Origin: Lama glama
Lineage: Eukaryota
Assembly: GCA_028534125.1 (NCBI GenBank)
Contig: CM052817.1
Span: forward strand, 78,370,001 to 78,434,000
DNA: 64,000 bases
Direction: 5' to 3'
Shown here: positions 13,307 to 26,735 of the stretch, one piece after another
How positions within the stretch are numbered: position 1 is the first letter of the stretch
Layout of the letters: every line of letters begins with the position of its first letter
Program-made: the position numbers and the translations under genes
Notes under the pieces: model-generated
What the model was told of the DNA's origin: nothing
Database searches by the model: none
Seen by the model: the letters and a program-made list of their open reading frames with translations, nothing else

Positions 13307-13800
13307 TCATTCATTCACTGAACACATGTTGAGTCTGTAGGGTGGTGCCAGGCACTGCTAAGGCACTGGAAATCTCTCCGTGAACAAGACAGATGAAGCC
13401 CGACCTCACAGCACTTCAGAGCAAACAAGCACAGAGAGTCACTTCAGGTAAAGGTAAGTGCTGTGAAGACACCGACAGCACAGGAGGAGCGCGTGGAGTG
13501 AGGGCAGAGGCACTCTGCCACGTGAGGGGGTCAGACAGAGCCTGTCTGATGAGGTGACCTGTAAGGAGCTCTAAATGAAGGGAGGGCACAGGCCGGGAGT
13601 GGGGTGGGCTGGGGGCTCAGGAAAGAGCGTTCCCAGGCTAGAGGGACCAGCCGGTAAAAGGCAGATAGAAAGGCCCAGTGATGGAAACAAATTAGGAACA
13701 GCAAGGAGGCCAAGAGGCTGGAACAGAAGGAGCAACCAGGAAAAGGGTGGGTGCTGAGATCAGGCAGACTGGCACAGGCCGGATCACGCTCTGGCCTGCA
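13307..13800 (-). mobile_element. L2 LINE 3' fragment
   Basis: tcattcattca..tgccaggcactgctaaggcactgg..gtgaacaagacag is the L2 3' end in reverse. Confidence 0.7.
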
Positions 13801-16800
13801 GGCCGGGAAGCCATCCCTAGAGGTCAGGTTACCCAAACTCTGTTGTACAAAAGCATCTGCCCCACGCACTGCAAAGACTGACGTTTCAAGATTCTAACAT
13901 ATCTTTTCTGGGAAAAAACACAGTGAGCCTGCTCCTACGATCTTGTATCTGCCACGTCTCTCAAACAATTAGTGAGTTCTCAAATGCCCTAGGATCCTCA
14001 GTTGATCATTTAAAAATCTCTGTAATGAAATGGCACACCCTCACTGGAACGAGGGATTTAATTTTCGATACTGTAATTGCTAAAAGGATTTAGGACTATA
14101 AATACCTCATATTTATATCTCATCAGTTTAGGTGTGAAGCTATGGGAATTTGTTAACCCTTCTCATTAAATAACAAACTCACGTTGAAAACACCTGCTTT
14201 GGGAGGTGCCTGAAAGTTGCCCTGCCTCCCTGCTTATCTCTCAACTCAGAACCCTCTCTGCCCTCCAGGTATTGCCAAAGATGTCCAGCCACACTGCTAG
14301 GACAGATAGAAAGGATGCTCTATGTTTTCCTCAAAGGAGACCCCAGTTCACATTACTTTAAGCAGAGTGAAATAAGTAATTTTAAACATCCAGGTATGAA
14401 GTCTCCTTTCCAGGTTCCTCCAAAGCGACAGTAACAAAATGATTTTTATAGACCAGCTGCTAAATGAAGCAGAACAGGTAGCAACGCCACTAGATACCCG
14501 AAAGAAAAATGTCTTCAGAACTGAAATTTTAAGTCCACCACTATCATTGAAATCCACACAAACCCAACCAATTTTACACAGGGGAACACCGCTGTTGTGC
14601 CTGCCCGCGGGATAGCTCAGTTTGAGAGGTTAGCACTACTTACAGAAACCAGTTAATGGCCCTTCTTAGCCATACATTTGTTCCCCAGTATTAAGTACAA
14701 CATACATCAGAAGTGTTTGACACTTCAAATTCCTTCTTCAAAGATGTGAAACGTAACAAAGGTTTCTCCATGACTTATTATTGTAAGCCCATTTGACCAG
14801 GGGCAGTTTTGTTCTTTATACACTTCAGCACTTTTGCTCCAACTGTGTTCAGTGACTCAGTAGCTCATTTCCATACATCCCATAGATGTATGCACATTCT
14901 GGATGTTTATTACCTTTTTACATCATATTCCACCTTACGAGGCGCACAGTTGAATTTTATATTCAAATTCTTACAAGATTCATCACTTTCAATAATCTAA
15001 ATTTACATACTATTACTTACATTTTCACAACACTCGTGATATACTGCAGTGGCCCACACATTCATCTTTGAGATAACTTTTTCTGTTTATTAACAGAGCT
15101 GCTGCCCATTTATTTTATTCTAAACATCCTTACCCAAATGACTCTTAAGTTCCTACGTGGTCTCCACAGGCTACCTGTTTTCTCCAGCTTTCAAGTGGCT
15201 GATTGCATCCTCATTCCTCCATCCCAGTCTTCAACACTTCACTGACGCTGTTAGATTATCTGCTCACATGACTTTTATCTTCCTACCCTACAACCACAGC
15301 ACTGCCTGCATTGAAATATCTAAAAGAGATCTTCAATCTGCCCTCTTAGCGCAGCAGGCAGCGCGTCAGTCTCATAAAAGAGATCTCCAAAGATAATCTA
15401 ATCCATCCCTCCTCTTTCCAGGGAAACCAAAGCAAAAAAACCTCCTGGACAGATGGCTATTATTAAAGTCCCCATTTATCTATTTTAACTTGATTCTGAA
15501 CCCTGAAGTAATACATTGAACATTTTTAATGTCTAATGAATAAAGAAGATTCAGAATTCCTCTTAGTATCATGTTCCATGTTCCAGTATCATCTTTGCAG
15601 CCAATTTGTATTTTTTTTCTTTCAAAACTAGTCTTCCAAATATCATCTTCTTCTATTTGAATTTTCATGGAAATGAAGTGTATTGAGGACTGTCTTCCAA
15701 AAACCTGGGGCCTGTAATGAAGTCAAATTCTCATCATCTTGCAATAAAAACCATCTCAATTCCAAATTCTGTTTGATTTGCACAGTCTTCCTAAGCCGGT
15801 TACACAGAAAAAATTAGCTAAAGTAGGAAGAGGAATGAAAATCTTCCTGCTTCAGTCTAGCCATTCATATCTCTAGGACTTTGTCGCTGTATATTAAATA
15901 ACAGTTATCACTGTGCAGGAACTCGGCAGTTCTACTCTCTGTCAGATGCTACTGACACTACTTTTCAAGTGTCCAAAACAATGTGCTACCGTGGCTCTGT
16001 CTTTTCTTTCCAGACTAAACATTAGAAACAATGAACATAAGTCACCGTCAGTTTTTCTTCCCACCCAGCAAAGGATAGAGGAAATCACAAAAAGATTCAG
16101 CTCAACAAAGGAAAACCCTAATATGCAGATGAAAGGAAAAACTGGAAATACGTATCAAATCAAATACGCAAACAAATTTTTGCCTTAAATTTAAGTATTT
16201 TCTTTGTTAAATTGGGTCAACTATAAACAGAGAAGCTTATTTATTATTCGGATGGTTCATTTTCATAGTAGAAGGGTCTACAATGTTTCTCTGTGATTTT
16301 CCTTCAATTATTTTGAATGCCAGAAGAATTTCTCATTCACTACAGGCCACTGGGTTCCCAGGGTAAAGCTAATCAGCCAGATCTGTCTCCAGAGGTGGCA
16401 AAATGTAACCAACAGAATTTTATGTAACATATGGTAAAAGGTAACGGCAGTGAAATATAGTCAGTTCCAAAAAATACAGCAATAATATCCTTAATAAGTA
16501 GTCACAATATGTCATGAAAATATATTTCCCTTTCTGACTTTCAACAAGACTTTTCAAAGAAGGTAGTTTTAAGCACTAAGATTTATAGTATGGATGCCTT
16601 TAGAGTGTAAAATGTCATCATATTTTTGTATTTAAATCACTGGCATTCTATCTGCAACTGTTTTTAACTGAAGGAAGGCCAGATGCCCTGACTTCAGAGT
16701 TTAATTACCCAGACTTCTGAATACCGAAGGACCACAGAACACTAAGTGTGCTCAAATAATCGGTTCTGACAGCACACTATTGTCAGATTTAAGCCAAAGA

Positions 16801-17209
16801 GAGACATACTTTCAGAAATCAGCAAAGTTCATCAGTGAAAGCTGTAATGATTTATAATTTCTAAGCAAACAGTGTGAGTTTTTTCCTGTTGATTTTTCAA
16901 AGAATTCAGTCTAAAATTCTTTCTAGCTTTGGTACTTTTAAACACACACACACACATATCACTGTAGCATTTCTGCTTAGCTCTCCGCCCCATACTATCT
17001 AATAATCCAAATCCAGAGAACCCCCCCCCATCGTCAGACAGGAAAGCAGATGAACACAGGCTTTTAGAGATGCCTCTCTACTGAACAGCATCCAGAACAT
17101 AATACACACAAAACAACTTAAAAGGACTGATGAGAAAAATAAAGTCTCTTTTTCATTACAAGTAATTAGTGCCCTAAATATTTCAAGCTGGAAGGCACGC
17201 AGGCATTCT

Positions 17210-17450
17210 GGAGTGGTAAAACTACTGGACTAGGAATCAAAAAGCCAGATGTGAGCGAACCTCTGATGGCACCATGTTGAGTGAGTCACTTCTCGCTGAG
17301 CTGAGCCATGCTCTCCAGCCCTCTGAAGTGGGGGTGACAGTCCCTGCTCTGTGACCCCACAGACCACCGCGGGAGCAGCAGATGGAATAAGATGCGTGAC
17401 TTCCGTATACCAATGGGTATTTTGCAATCGTGAAGTACTAGCACACTGAG
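17210..17450 (+). mobile_element. MIR SINE fragment
   Basis: gtggtaaa..ctggactaggaatc followed by a degenerate core. Confidence 0.55.
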
Positions 17451-17779
17451 GAAACCGAGGCTCACAGCAACTAACGGACACTCTTAAGAGACAAATACTG
17501 CCCACAGCCGGGCACACACGTATCACTTTACTGCATGTCAACTTTTTTCCAGGAACAAACATGAAGGTTATCCTAATTCAAACCCAAATACACACAAATA
17601 GCCTCTGCCTGAACACATGAAGTAAGAGCAGGTGCCATTACAAGGTAGGAGCAAATCCAGACGTCATCCTGGCTGAGCTGGCACCCTTCCTTAAGCCACA
17701 TTCAAACATGCTACTCGGTGACCAACTGTCATCAGCTCCAGCTCTGTCCTCTTCAGTAGTTTTAATTTCTTTCCCACGC

Positions 17780-18070
17780 ACAGCCCTTCAAATTTCTGAA
17801 GGCAGGAGTCCCTCCTTCTCTACAATTTCTCTTCTACAAGAAAATAACTCTCTCCTTGTCTGATGTGATGTATGTTCCTTTGCTATCCTGGTTGCCCTCT
17901 TAAAGATGCACACTAATTTGTCAAAGCTCTCCTCACGCAGCACAGAATACAGCACACAAAGGACTATTCTGACCTGGGCACTATTTCTGCTGATGCAATT
18001 TACAAATCACAAAAGCGTTTTTGGTTGCCACATCTTATGTTTAGCTGAGCTTGCCTTTCTAATCACCTAA
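17780..18070 (-). mobile_element. CR1/L3 LINE fragment
   Basis: ctggttgccctc..ctaatttgtcaa..gcactatttctgctgatgca..tttttggttgccacatc resembles the L3 consensus. Confidence 0.5.
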
Positions 18071-19889
18071 CCTGTATCAAGGAAGTTCTCCTGACACCGT
18101 CAAAGACCTGAAGGCAAGTTTAACTGAGGAACTGGATCAGGTTTATGTAGCTAAGCAAATCCTGGACTTGGGCACCTGACCACTAAGAGATGGAAACCTT
18201 TCATTTGGTACTGTCTCAATAAATATTTTAGTCACTAAAAGCTCAGCTAACGTGTCGTTTCTTAAACCACCATTGCCTTTACCTCCTTTAAAAGTTCAAA
18301 AATATTTTATGAGAGGTAATGAGAGACTTACTTTAAAAGCACTCCAAGTCTTGCCTTTCCAATACGTTTAAAATCATGCTAATTTTTTAAAAGAAGTAAT
18401 TGACATGACAACGTGAAAGACACAGTGAAAAGCGCACCATCTTTTCCAGAGTAAATTGATGAGAAAGCTTTCACAGTGCAGCCACTGTCCCTTTCCACAG
18501 TTTTACAAACAAGTTCAGGCAGTCAGATTGCAGTAACATTTTTGAATAGACCAGTTTTTTGTTGCATAAAGAATAAAGTAAATTTAGGTGACATTAGTTT
18601 ATTATACACATAGCTTTGGGGGGTGTAAAGAACATGTAAGGGTTAGTGCATAAATACTGTGGCATGATCCATTTTAAGTACGTAGTGGCTTTCTGTTTAC
18701 TTTTTGATTTTGTCAATATCATAACTTCTCTATTAAGTAAAGTGCTGTTTCACCAAGGAATCAGAAAGCCACATTAATAAAAGTCCCCATGCCTTTTGAC
18801 AGCTTTGTAGCTTCTATCAGATTCATCAGAAATGATTCACCAAACTTTAAATCTGGCTAAACTTTTATAAGTCTATAGTGTTGTTCAATTTTTAATATAA
18901 ATCTGCGACTTACACTGACTTAAAGCCTTGAGGTCAGCTTTTGGAGGACTTCCCCCATGGTATATCGAAAGGGTACACAAAAATGTGCCAAAAATGAGAA
19001 AATTTTCGTAGCAAAATTCTATTCATCGGACACGAAAGCATTTCAAAGAGCTGGTCATGTAAAAAACAAGGATAATCTCCAAGATCCAGAAATCATAGTT
19101 TTGATAGTGTTTTTAAAAGAAGATGCTTTGTATCTGACAACTTCTGGACAAAGATTATAGAAACACCGAATAATAAAAGAACACTGTGCACCACAGGGAG
19201 AAAAAATGAAAAAGAAAAAATCCACTTTTCTTTTGATTCTGATCTGAATCAAAATTCTGGGAATTCCTAACCCAAACTCCACAGGTGCAGTCACTGTTTT
19301 CAGATTTTTCCTAAATGTGGCTTTCTACAGCAATTAAAACTGAATCTGCGCAGCCCATTTAAATTAACTGTTTTCTCTTCATTCACATCTTCAAAATGTA
19401 TGCAACCTGATAAAGAAACAAATGAATTATTCTGGTATAAGAATACACCTAAGGCAATCAAATATTTCCTAAGCTCTAAGATTTATCCTTTCCCTTCTCA
19501 TAATCATCCAACAATCGTACTTCTGTGCTGAAGAGTTCTAGAAGGTTGACATTAGTTATCAGTAAACAACTCTTACTGAATGGCATATCCTATCCAGTTC
19601 TTTATTGGTTATTTTAAAATATGCTAATAGAAGCTACAAATGAAATTCTAGAATATAATTCCTTTATTTAACATCTTCAATATAAATAAGGAAACAGAAA
19701 ATCCAATTTGTTTTAAACTCACGAAACAATGCTTGATTATTATAAAGTAGAGATACAGATGAACTTCATCTCAAAAGCACTTAGCACACACAGGTATACA
19801 GTAACACAGTGCCAGGTCCAGACAATGGACCAGAGTGAAAAGAAAATGTTAGAAAAGAGTGTGCTAGGAAAAGCTCTCAGTAGACAAGG

Positions 19890-20416
19890 TGTGCAAAAGG
19901 ACTGAGCACAGCAGGCTGCAGACTGTTCCTGCCTGGAAGGAAGGCTGGCGCATGGCTGGCATGCGGGAACGTGGGTTCTCAGGGTGCTCCCAGTCGACAG
20001 TTAATGGATAACGGTAGTTCACTGTTCCCAGACAGTGTTGACAATACGGTTTATGCCAAACACCTGCTTTTCTTCTGGGAATCTGGCATTTTGGTACATG
20101 CTAGCCAGAAGGTGCCTACGAGCCCCCATTAAAAGTGCTGGATACTGAATTTCTAATGGCTTCCTTGCAGGGAACATCGTGTGTGTGTGGCTGCTTTTTC
20201 ATTACTGGGAGAAGAGTGTGCTCTGTGTGACCCCTCCTGGGAGGGAGAGAGCATAAGGAAATCTATACATGGTTCCTCCAGACTCTGCCTGTGCCTTGTT
20301 TCCTTTATGAGATCACTGAAATAAATCTTAGCCACGATTACAACTACATGCTGAGTCCCGTAAGTCCGTCTAGTGAATCTCTGAGTGCGAGGGTGGTCCT
20401 GGGAATCCCCAACACA
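19890..20416 (+). mobile_element. ERVL solo LTR, MER21/MER68/MER77 group
   Basis: TG..CA termini (tgtgcaaaagg..ccccaacaca), internal aataaatcttagccac, 5-bp TSD caagg/caaga. Confidence 0.82.
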
Positions 20417-22944
20417 CAAGATGAGTTTAGTTCTAGTTGCTGAAATGAATGGCACACAAATCTGTCAACAGAAGAGGTAGAAAGCCATTTCAAGGCCAAC
20501 AGAATTTTATCATACTCTTATTTACCTTACAAAAATTAAACTACATCCACTCAATGAAAGGAAAAAATAAATCAGAAAAGTCAAAGAAAGAAAATAAATT
20601 TAAATAGTAAGGACCATTCTTTTTCATGGCCCATAACTTTAATGACATGAGATTGTTGCCTTATGAACTGGTTTCAGAACCTAAGCCCTGCGTAAGATTC
20701 GACTCCACTGTAGAGAACGTTATCCCGATGAAAGAACAGTTGAGCAGCTTGGTCATTCTGTGCAGAGGCGGCAAGGTGAATGGTGTTGGTAAATCGGGTT
20801 GGGAAGACACAGTCAATAAAGGGTGATGGGACTTAAATCTGGTGGTTCAAGCAATAAAATCAGAGAAATCACAGGAAATAAATGGGAAATGCATCAATTA
20901 GGAAGCTTTGTGCTTCATCTAACAGAAACTTTAAAGGCAATCACTAACCAGGACCCACCCCGGGAGGCATCAGCTTCTCGGTAACAAGACACTGCTGCGT
21001 GGAGGGAGAGTAGAAAGTGGGGAAGATGATTCAACTGAGAAGTAATACCCATTTCTTATCTCATAGCTCTATAGGTCAGAAATCCGGATGAGCCTGATGG
21101 AATTTTCTGCTTAGGGTTTATGGAGAAGGCTCCGTGCAGGAATCTGCCGCTTCCAAGTGCACTCAGGTTGTTGGACAAACTCCAGTTCCTTGAAGCTGCA
21201 GGACCAAGAGAGGCCTTCATTTTCATGCTGCTTTCACTTTAGATGAGATGATAGATGATAATTTATTATCTACAAGTAATCTTCATTTTGTAAAGAGAAT
21301 GCAAATGTCTTTAAATATAAACATATGTTTAATGTAAAGAATTTGGTCTTATATTAAATAAAAGCAGGGGAGAGAACAAATAGAGAAGAGACCTACCACA
21401 TACTCTTTTTAAATTTTAATGCTAATACTTGGGTTATGGAGATAATCAGTTCCTCTTATAAAATAAAAAAGTTTCTATATTTCCCATTTTATCAGTTTTC
21501 TCCAAAGCTTAAACTTCAACTTACGGGGTTTTTTACATTTATTATAGAGCTGTCTGAGTATACTTTCACCAGTGTATATAGAGATATCAAACTTGTATCA
21601 AGAATTTAACACATAAGGAAACTATTGACCATAAATATTTTTCTATTACTTTTTCACCTCATAAAGACATATTAAACCATTAAAAATACAGATGTAGAAT
21701 ATACTAAAGAGAAGAAGTTGGGGAAATTGAAGCTCAAAGGGTATTATATGACATTGGTTTGAGTTTTTTAAAGTGTGCTTATAAATCTAGGGCTTTCCCC
21801 AAGGGAGTATCTTTAATTTTGCAACAAACTACCTTTTAAGGTAAGTCATCTAAAATTACAAAGTGACAAAAACACCTTCTTTGTCCAGAGATATCTCATT
21901 TTACTGGCAGCTATTAGCACAAAAATGAGAAAAACTTGTCCCATGCACATACAAAAACCCTAATATTAAACTCTAATGACCAGTTCACTAGACCAGGACT
22001 TCATCTTCCAAATGTGGTCACTGGGGGAAATGGAAACAACTTTGGAAAGTTGCCTGCAATGAAATCCTGCAAGTCAGAACAACCTAGACATGTGGGTATT
22101 ATCATGTTCTGTATCATGAGTTCATAAGATTTTACCTTCATTAACGAAAAGTCCCTTACTGAGTCTAAAATCAGCTACTTTTCTCATCTGTTGTTACCCA
22201 ATTATATTTACCTTTAACAGGTCTCTACTACAGAAGTATCTATAGTTCTTGGGCTTTTCCCTAAAGAAGAATTGGAAATTTCCTATACAATATCACAATT
22301 CTGTAACCATATGGTTTTGAAAGCTGATTTTTAAAAATTATTTTAGAAAAGTAATGTGATACATACAGTGTGTTTACGTACCATTTTCTACAGGGTTTGG
22401 AGCACCATCCCATTAACAAACACATCTATGTATGAATAGTCATGCGAAATAGGATAAATTCAAAAGGCTGTAAGTGGCCTCACTTAAGTTCAAGTCAGGT
22501 TCTGCTGCTAAACAAGTTATTTGGAAAAAAAAACCCAGAAATTTGGTTTTCAGAGCTTTTTAGATTTCTGATTTTCAGGTAAAGGTCTAAGGACCTAGGG
22601 ATTAAAATGAGTAATCAGTCAACCCCATAGAGTCCTTTTTCTCTACAGAGATGACATAAATGTATCAGAATGATGACAGGTGCTCTGGCAATGGCACAGA
22701 ACCACAGAATTAAAGAAAAACGTGCTAATCCTGGGAACTGATCCTTACTGTGCTAAATTTGTAAAAGTTTGCATGGATAGTAGACAGTTTATAAAAGCGC
22801 TTTTTGGCACTACAAGTCCTAAGAAAACATATTTTCTTTGTGGAAAGCAACTCCCACATTCTCTTTGACCTGGAAGTGAAGCTCGTAGATAAAAACAGGG
22901 CACATTAGTAAGATCTACAGTCTCTACATCAGAAGACATTCCTT

Positions 22945-23039
22945 GGGGGGTGGGAATAGCTCAGTGGTAGAGCACAGGCTTAGCATGCATGAACCTGGGT
23001 TCAATCCCCAGTACCTCCATTTAAAAGCAATTTGTAAAA
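22945..23039 (+). mobile_element. tRNA-Ala-derived SINE (camelid Vic-1-like), short form
   Basis: A-box tagctcagtgg, B-box ggttcaatccc, A-rich tail. Degenerate TSD agaagacattcct (22931-22943) / agaatacatttct (23040-23052). Confidence 0.88.
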
Positions 23040-24117
23040 AGAATACATTTCTCTTTAAGTCACTTGCAATCTACTTATTAATATGCAAATTGGAGACAAC
23101 ATGAAACTGCCCTCCTTCAGGTTTTGAAAGGTCTATTTATAAAGTACAAAGTTACCATCTTTAATGTGGACGAAAGAATGAATATGTGTTTCAACTGATC
23201 TCTAGGGCCAGACAGAAGGAAAAATGTTTTAAAAACATGATTTGTTAATCAAAAGTTAAAAAATAACAAATATGCACATCAAAACATTAATTATCTAAAC
23301 TGTCCTAAAAATTCTTCAAAGAACAAAGTACTTTCAGAGTGGCCATTTATCATACAGTAAGGAAATTATGGGCCAAACCATTAAAAGGAATTTATTCAAG
23401 TCCATGAGCATTAATCTTCTTTATACAAAAAGAAAATATGGAATTCCTCAGGCAGAATTTTATGCAAACTTTCAGTAGTGTTTGGAGAGTCCCCATTGTG
23501 TGCAGAGTAGCTACACGTACGCCAGTGTTTCTAACTTGTAGACACACCATCCCTATCTTTAGAAAAAATTCATTAAACCCACTTTTTTATATTCAACATA
23601 AATTAGAGCTACAATTTGTTACTAAAACAGACCCAAAACTAAATAACCACACAGCTTATATACTCAGATGCAAATAAATCAAGCTGCTCATAAAGAGAAT
23701 TCTAGCCTGCCTGTTGTTCTCACATTTAATTTACTACATAATAACAGCAAAAGGTCTTGGCAAACCTAAAAATGTAAACTGCACTGAATATAAACAGAGC
23801 CTGTGTTGCTATAATATTAAAGAATCAACAGATGGTTGGCATCAGGAGACTGGCACAAATACAAAAAAACTAGAAAGGCCAAGTAAATAAAAAGCCAAAT
23901 GTATAGAAACTGAACAAGGTATGCTTGAACCTCATTACCATACTGAGAAAAAAAAACCCTCGTGTCAACACACAAGTGATCTGGAATCTCCGTTAGGTTC
24001 TATGATCTAAGGCCCTGGGAAATACTCAGACTCGGTTAACTGATGCATGAACTACAGAGTGAAAAAGCTTGCCAAACTCTGCATGAGAACACTGTGTAAG
24101 GAGGCTGCACAGTTTAA

Positions 24118-24300
24118 AAAGGGAAGGGAGAGTGGTAGCAAGAAGAAGAAAGAAGAGAAAGAAGAAGAGGAAAAGAGGAGAAGGGAGAGAGGTAGCTGAG
24201 GGAGGAAGCATCAGAGAGGAGGAAGAGGCAGGGAAGAAGAAGGAGGAGGACCAGCGGGGGCTTGGGGGCGGGGAGTAGGAGAAAGGATGGAGGAGAGGCG
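24118..24300. repeat. GA-rich polypurine low-complexity tract
   Basis: About 180 bp dominated by GAA/GAG/GGA. Confidence 0.85.
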
Positions 24301-24429
24301 CCTGCAAGGCTCCCACTCTGAGATCCAGCCTGCACGTCCCAACTAGATTAAAATTTCTAGAACTATACGAAGGTGTTATGACCTAAACTAAGCAAATACA
24401 TATATTCAAGTCTTCTATTATTTCAAAAG

Positions 24430-24860
24430 TCATAAGCAAGTACAATGTGTCAAGCACTGCACACTAGGCACTGGGGCACACAGATAATGACTCCATCCCT
24501 TTTCATCTCATTCGAAAAACATGTTTTGTTTGCACCAAGAAATCAAAGATAAACAACATTTCATCCCTGTGAAAGAGCTCACAGCCCAGTGAGCAGGGAC
24601 AGACACCCGGATGCACAGTAAATGCTGTGACGGTGACCTAATGAGAGCAGTGAGGAGAGGCCCCCATGTCAGCCTGGCAGGTACCAGGGTGGGTATGGGT
24701 GAGAAGGTAAAGGGGCTGGTAAAACAAAGGCACACATGGGAGTGAACGAAATGTGAAACCAAAGAGTTGGGTGTGAACCAGGAAATAATTGAGAACCAGG
24801 GTAGAGAGGTCAGCAGTGGGTCAGGTCTTGGGCTCCGTATGACACTTGGTAGCACTCTGG
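24430..24860 (-). mobile_element. L2 LINE fragment
   Basis: atgtgtcaagcactgcacactaggcactgggg..gagctcacagcccagtg resemble L2 motifs. Confidence 0.5.
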
Positions 24861-25099
24861 AAAAAGTGTAACTCTTCCTCGTCCCTGAGTGAATGGATGC
24901 TCAGCAGTCAGGACACCATAGAGTTCCAGACTCTTCTTACGGGGAGATTTATTTGCTCAGTCTAGCTAGGGTTGACCCGGGGCAGGCAAAACTAGACACC
25001 TACTAGTTTGAGGCTTTTGTGTATGGAATTGTTTTTGTCTAGCTTCTTACACTCTCCTGCGCAAAAAAGGAGGCACAGAACAGTTTTTCATAGCCAAGT

Positions 25100-25800
25100 T
25101 TCCATCTAGTAGAGGAATATCCTTTACAGCAAAACTCTGACCTTCATCCAGCTTAACTCAAGCACTTCCTATAACAGGAACTCTCTACCCTCCTGGTGCC
25201 AGAAAGGTTTTCCTCATGTTGATTAGAAACATGATTCTCTTTACTTCCACATAAAGGTTTTTTTTCTTTTTTTAGTTCTGTCCTCAAACAGGAAAGCTAA
25301 GCCTTCAGCGTCTTCCACATAACAACACTTTAAATCATGTGATGACAACCATCTGACTCTGCTCCTGCTCTTCTTCAGATTAAGAATCCCAGTTCCCTCA
25401 AGGGACTGATTGACAGGTCACAGTTTCCAAACCCTTTCGTGTTTGGCTGCTCTCTGTTGAATGTCAGATGTTTACCAATTTCCAGATCCACAGCTAACAC
25501 CCAGAACTTGACACGCCCTTACCGCTGTGGGCTGACCAGTGTGCACTATAATGGCACTCTTCTTTCCCAGCAGCACGACATTTACTTCTTTATTTTGCTG
25601 TCTGTGTTTTTCATCTAGCCACCAAGAGATGCTGCTAACCAAAATGTCCACATAAAGCAAGTAAACCCTTCAGAAATTTGCATAGGAGTCAATATCAAGT
25701 CCGGTATCTTGAATTCTGAAAACTGACTTTACATTTATCCGTGTTTAATTTTATCATATAAGCATTAGGTCCATCACTCTAGTTACTAACAGCTTTTGAG
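25100..25800 (-). mobile_element. CR1/L3 LINE fragment
   Basis: cccagttccctcaa..cccagaacttgacac..gctgaccagtgtgca..gactttacatttatccgtgtttaatttt resembles the L3 consensus. Confidence 0.55.
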
Positions 25801-25874
25801 TCCTGACTACATACCTTAAAATATTATCTATCCTTCACACCCATGAGGGTGGCTACTATCAAAAAAACAGAAAA

Positions 25875-26735
25875 CAGGATCAGATGCCTTCACTGGTGAA
25901 TGCTATCAAACATTCAAAGAGTATCAATCCTTCTCAAGTTCTTCCCAGAAAGCAAAAGGGAAGGAACTCTTTCCATCTCATTTTATGAGACCAGCATTAC
26001 ACTGATGCCAAAACCAAACAAGGATGCTACAAGAAAAGAAAATTGCAGGCCAGTATCATAGATGAATATAGATGCAAAAAACCCTCAACAAAATATTAGC
26101 AAACCAAATTCAACAGTTCATTAAAATGACTATATACCATGATCAAGTGGGATTTATCCCAGGGATGCAGGGATGGTCCAACATCCACAAATCAGTCAAT
26201 GTGATACACCACATTAACAAAATGAAAGTTAAAAATCAGACGATTATCTCAATAAATGCAGAAAAAGCATTTGGCAAAACTTAACACCATTTATGATCTA
26301 AAAAACTCTCAACAAAGTGGGTGTAGATGAAATGTACCACAACATAATACAGCTCACATATGACAAGCCGACAGCTAACGTCATACACAAAGACAAAACG
26401 CTAAGAGCTTTTTCTTCAAGGTCAGTGACAAGACAAGGATGCTCACTCTTGCTGCTTTTATTCAACACAGCATTGAAAGTGCGAGCTACAGCAATCAGAC
26501 AGTTTAAAAAGGCATCCAAATTTGAAAGGAAAAAGTAAAACTGTCAATATTTGTGGATGACAGGACTTTACATACAGAAAATCCTAAAGACTCCACCAAA
26601 AAACTGTTAGAATAAATAAATTCAGTAGAGTTGCAGGGCATAAAATCAATACCCAAAGATCCGTTGCATTTTTATACAGTTAACAACAGACTATCAGAAA
26701 GACAAAGTAAGAAAAGAATCTCATTTACTTGTTCA
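25875..26735 (+). mobile_element. L1 ORF2 reverse-transcriptase fragment (decayed)
   Basis: [37 protein letters not shown] and YDKPTAN..TRQGC are L1 RT motifs; stops and frameshifts present. Confidence 0.93.

Noticed and set aside
22945..23020. tRNA-Ala-like sequences here and at 40155 and 57640 as tRNA genes
   Set aside because: They have broken stems, A-rich tails and (two of three) TSDs, so they are SINE copies.
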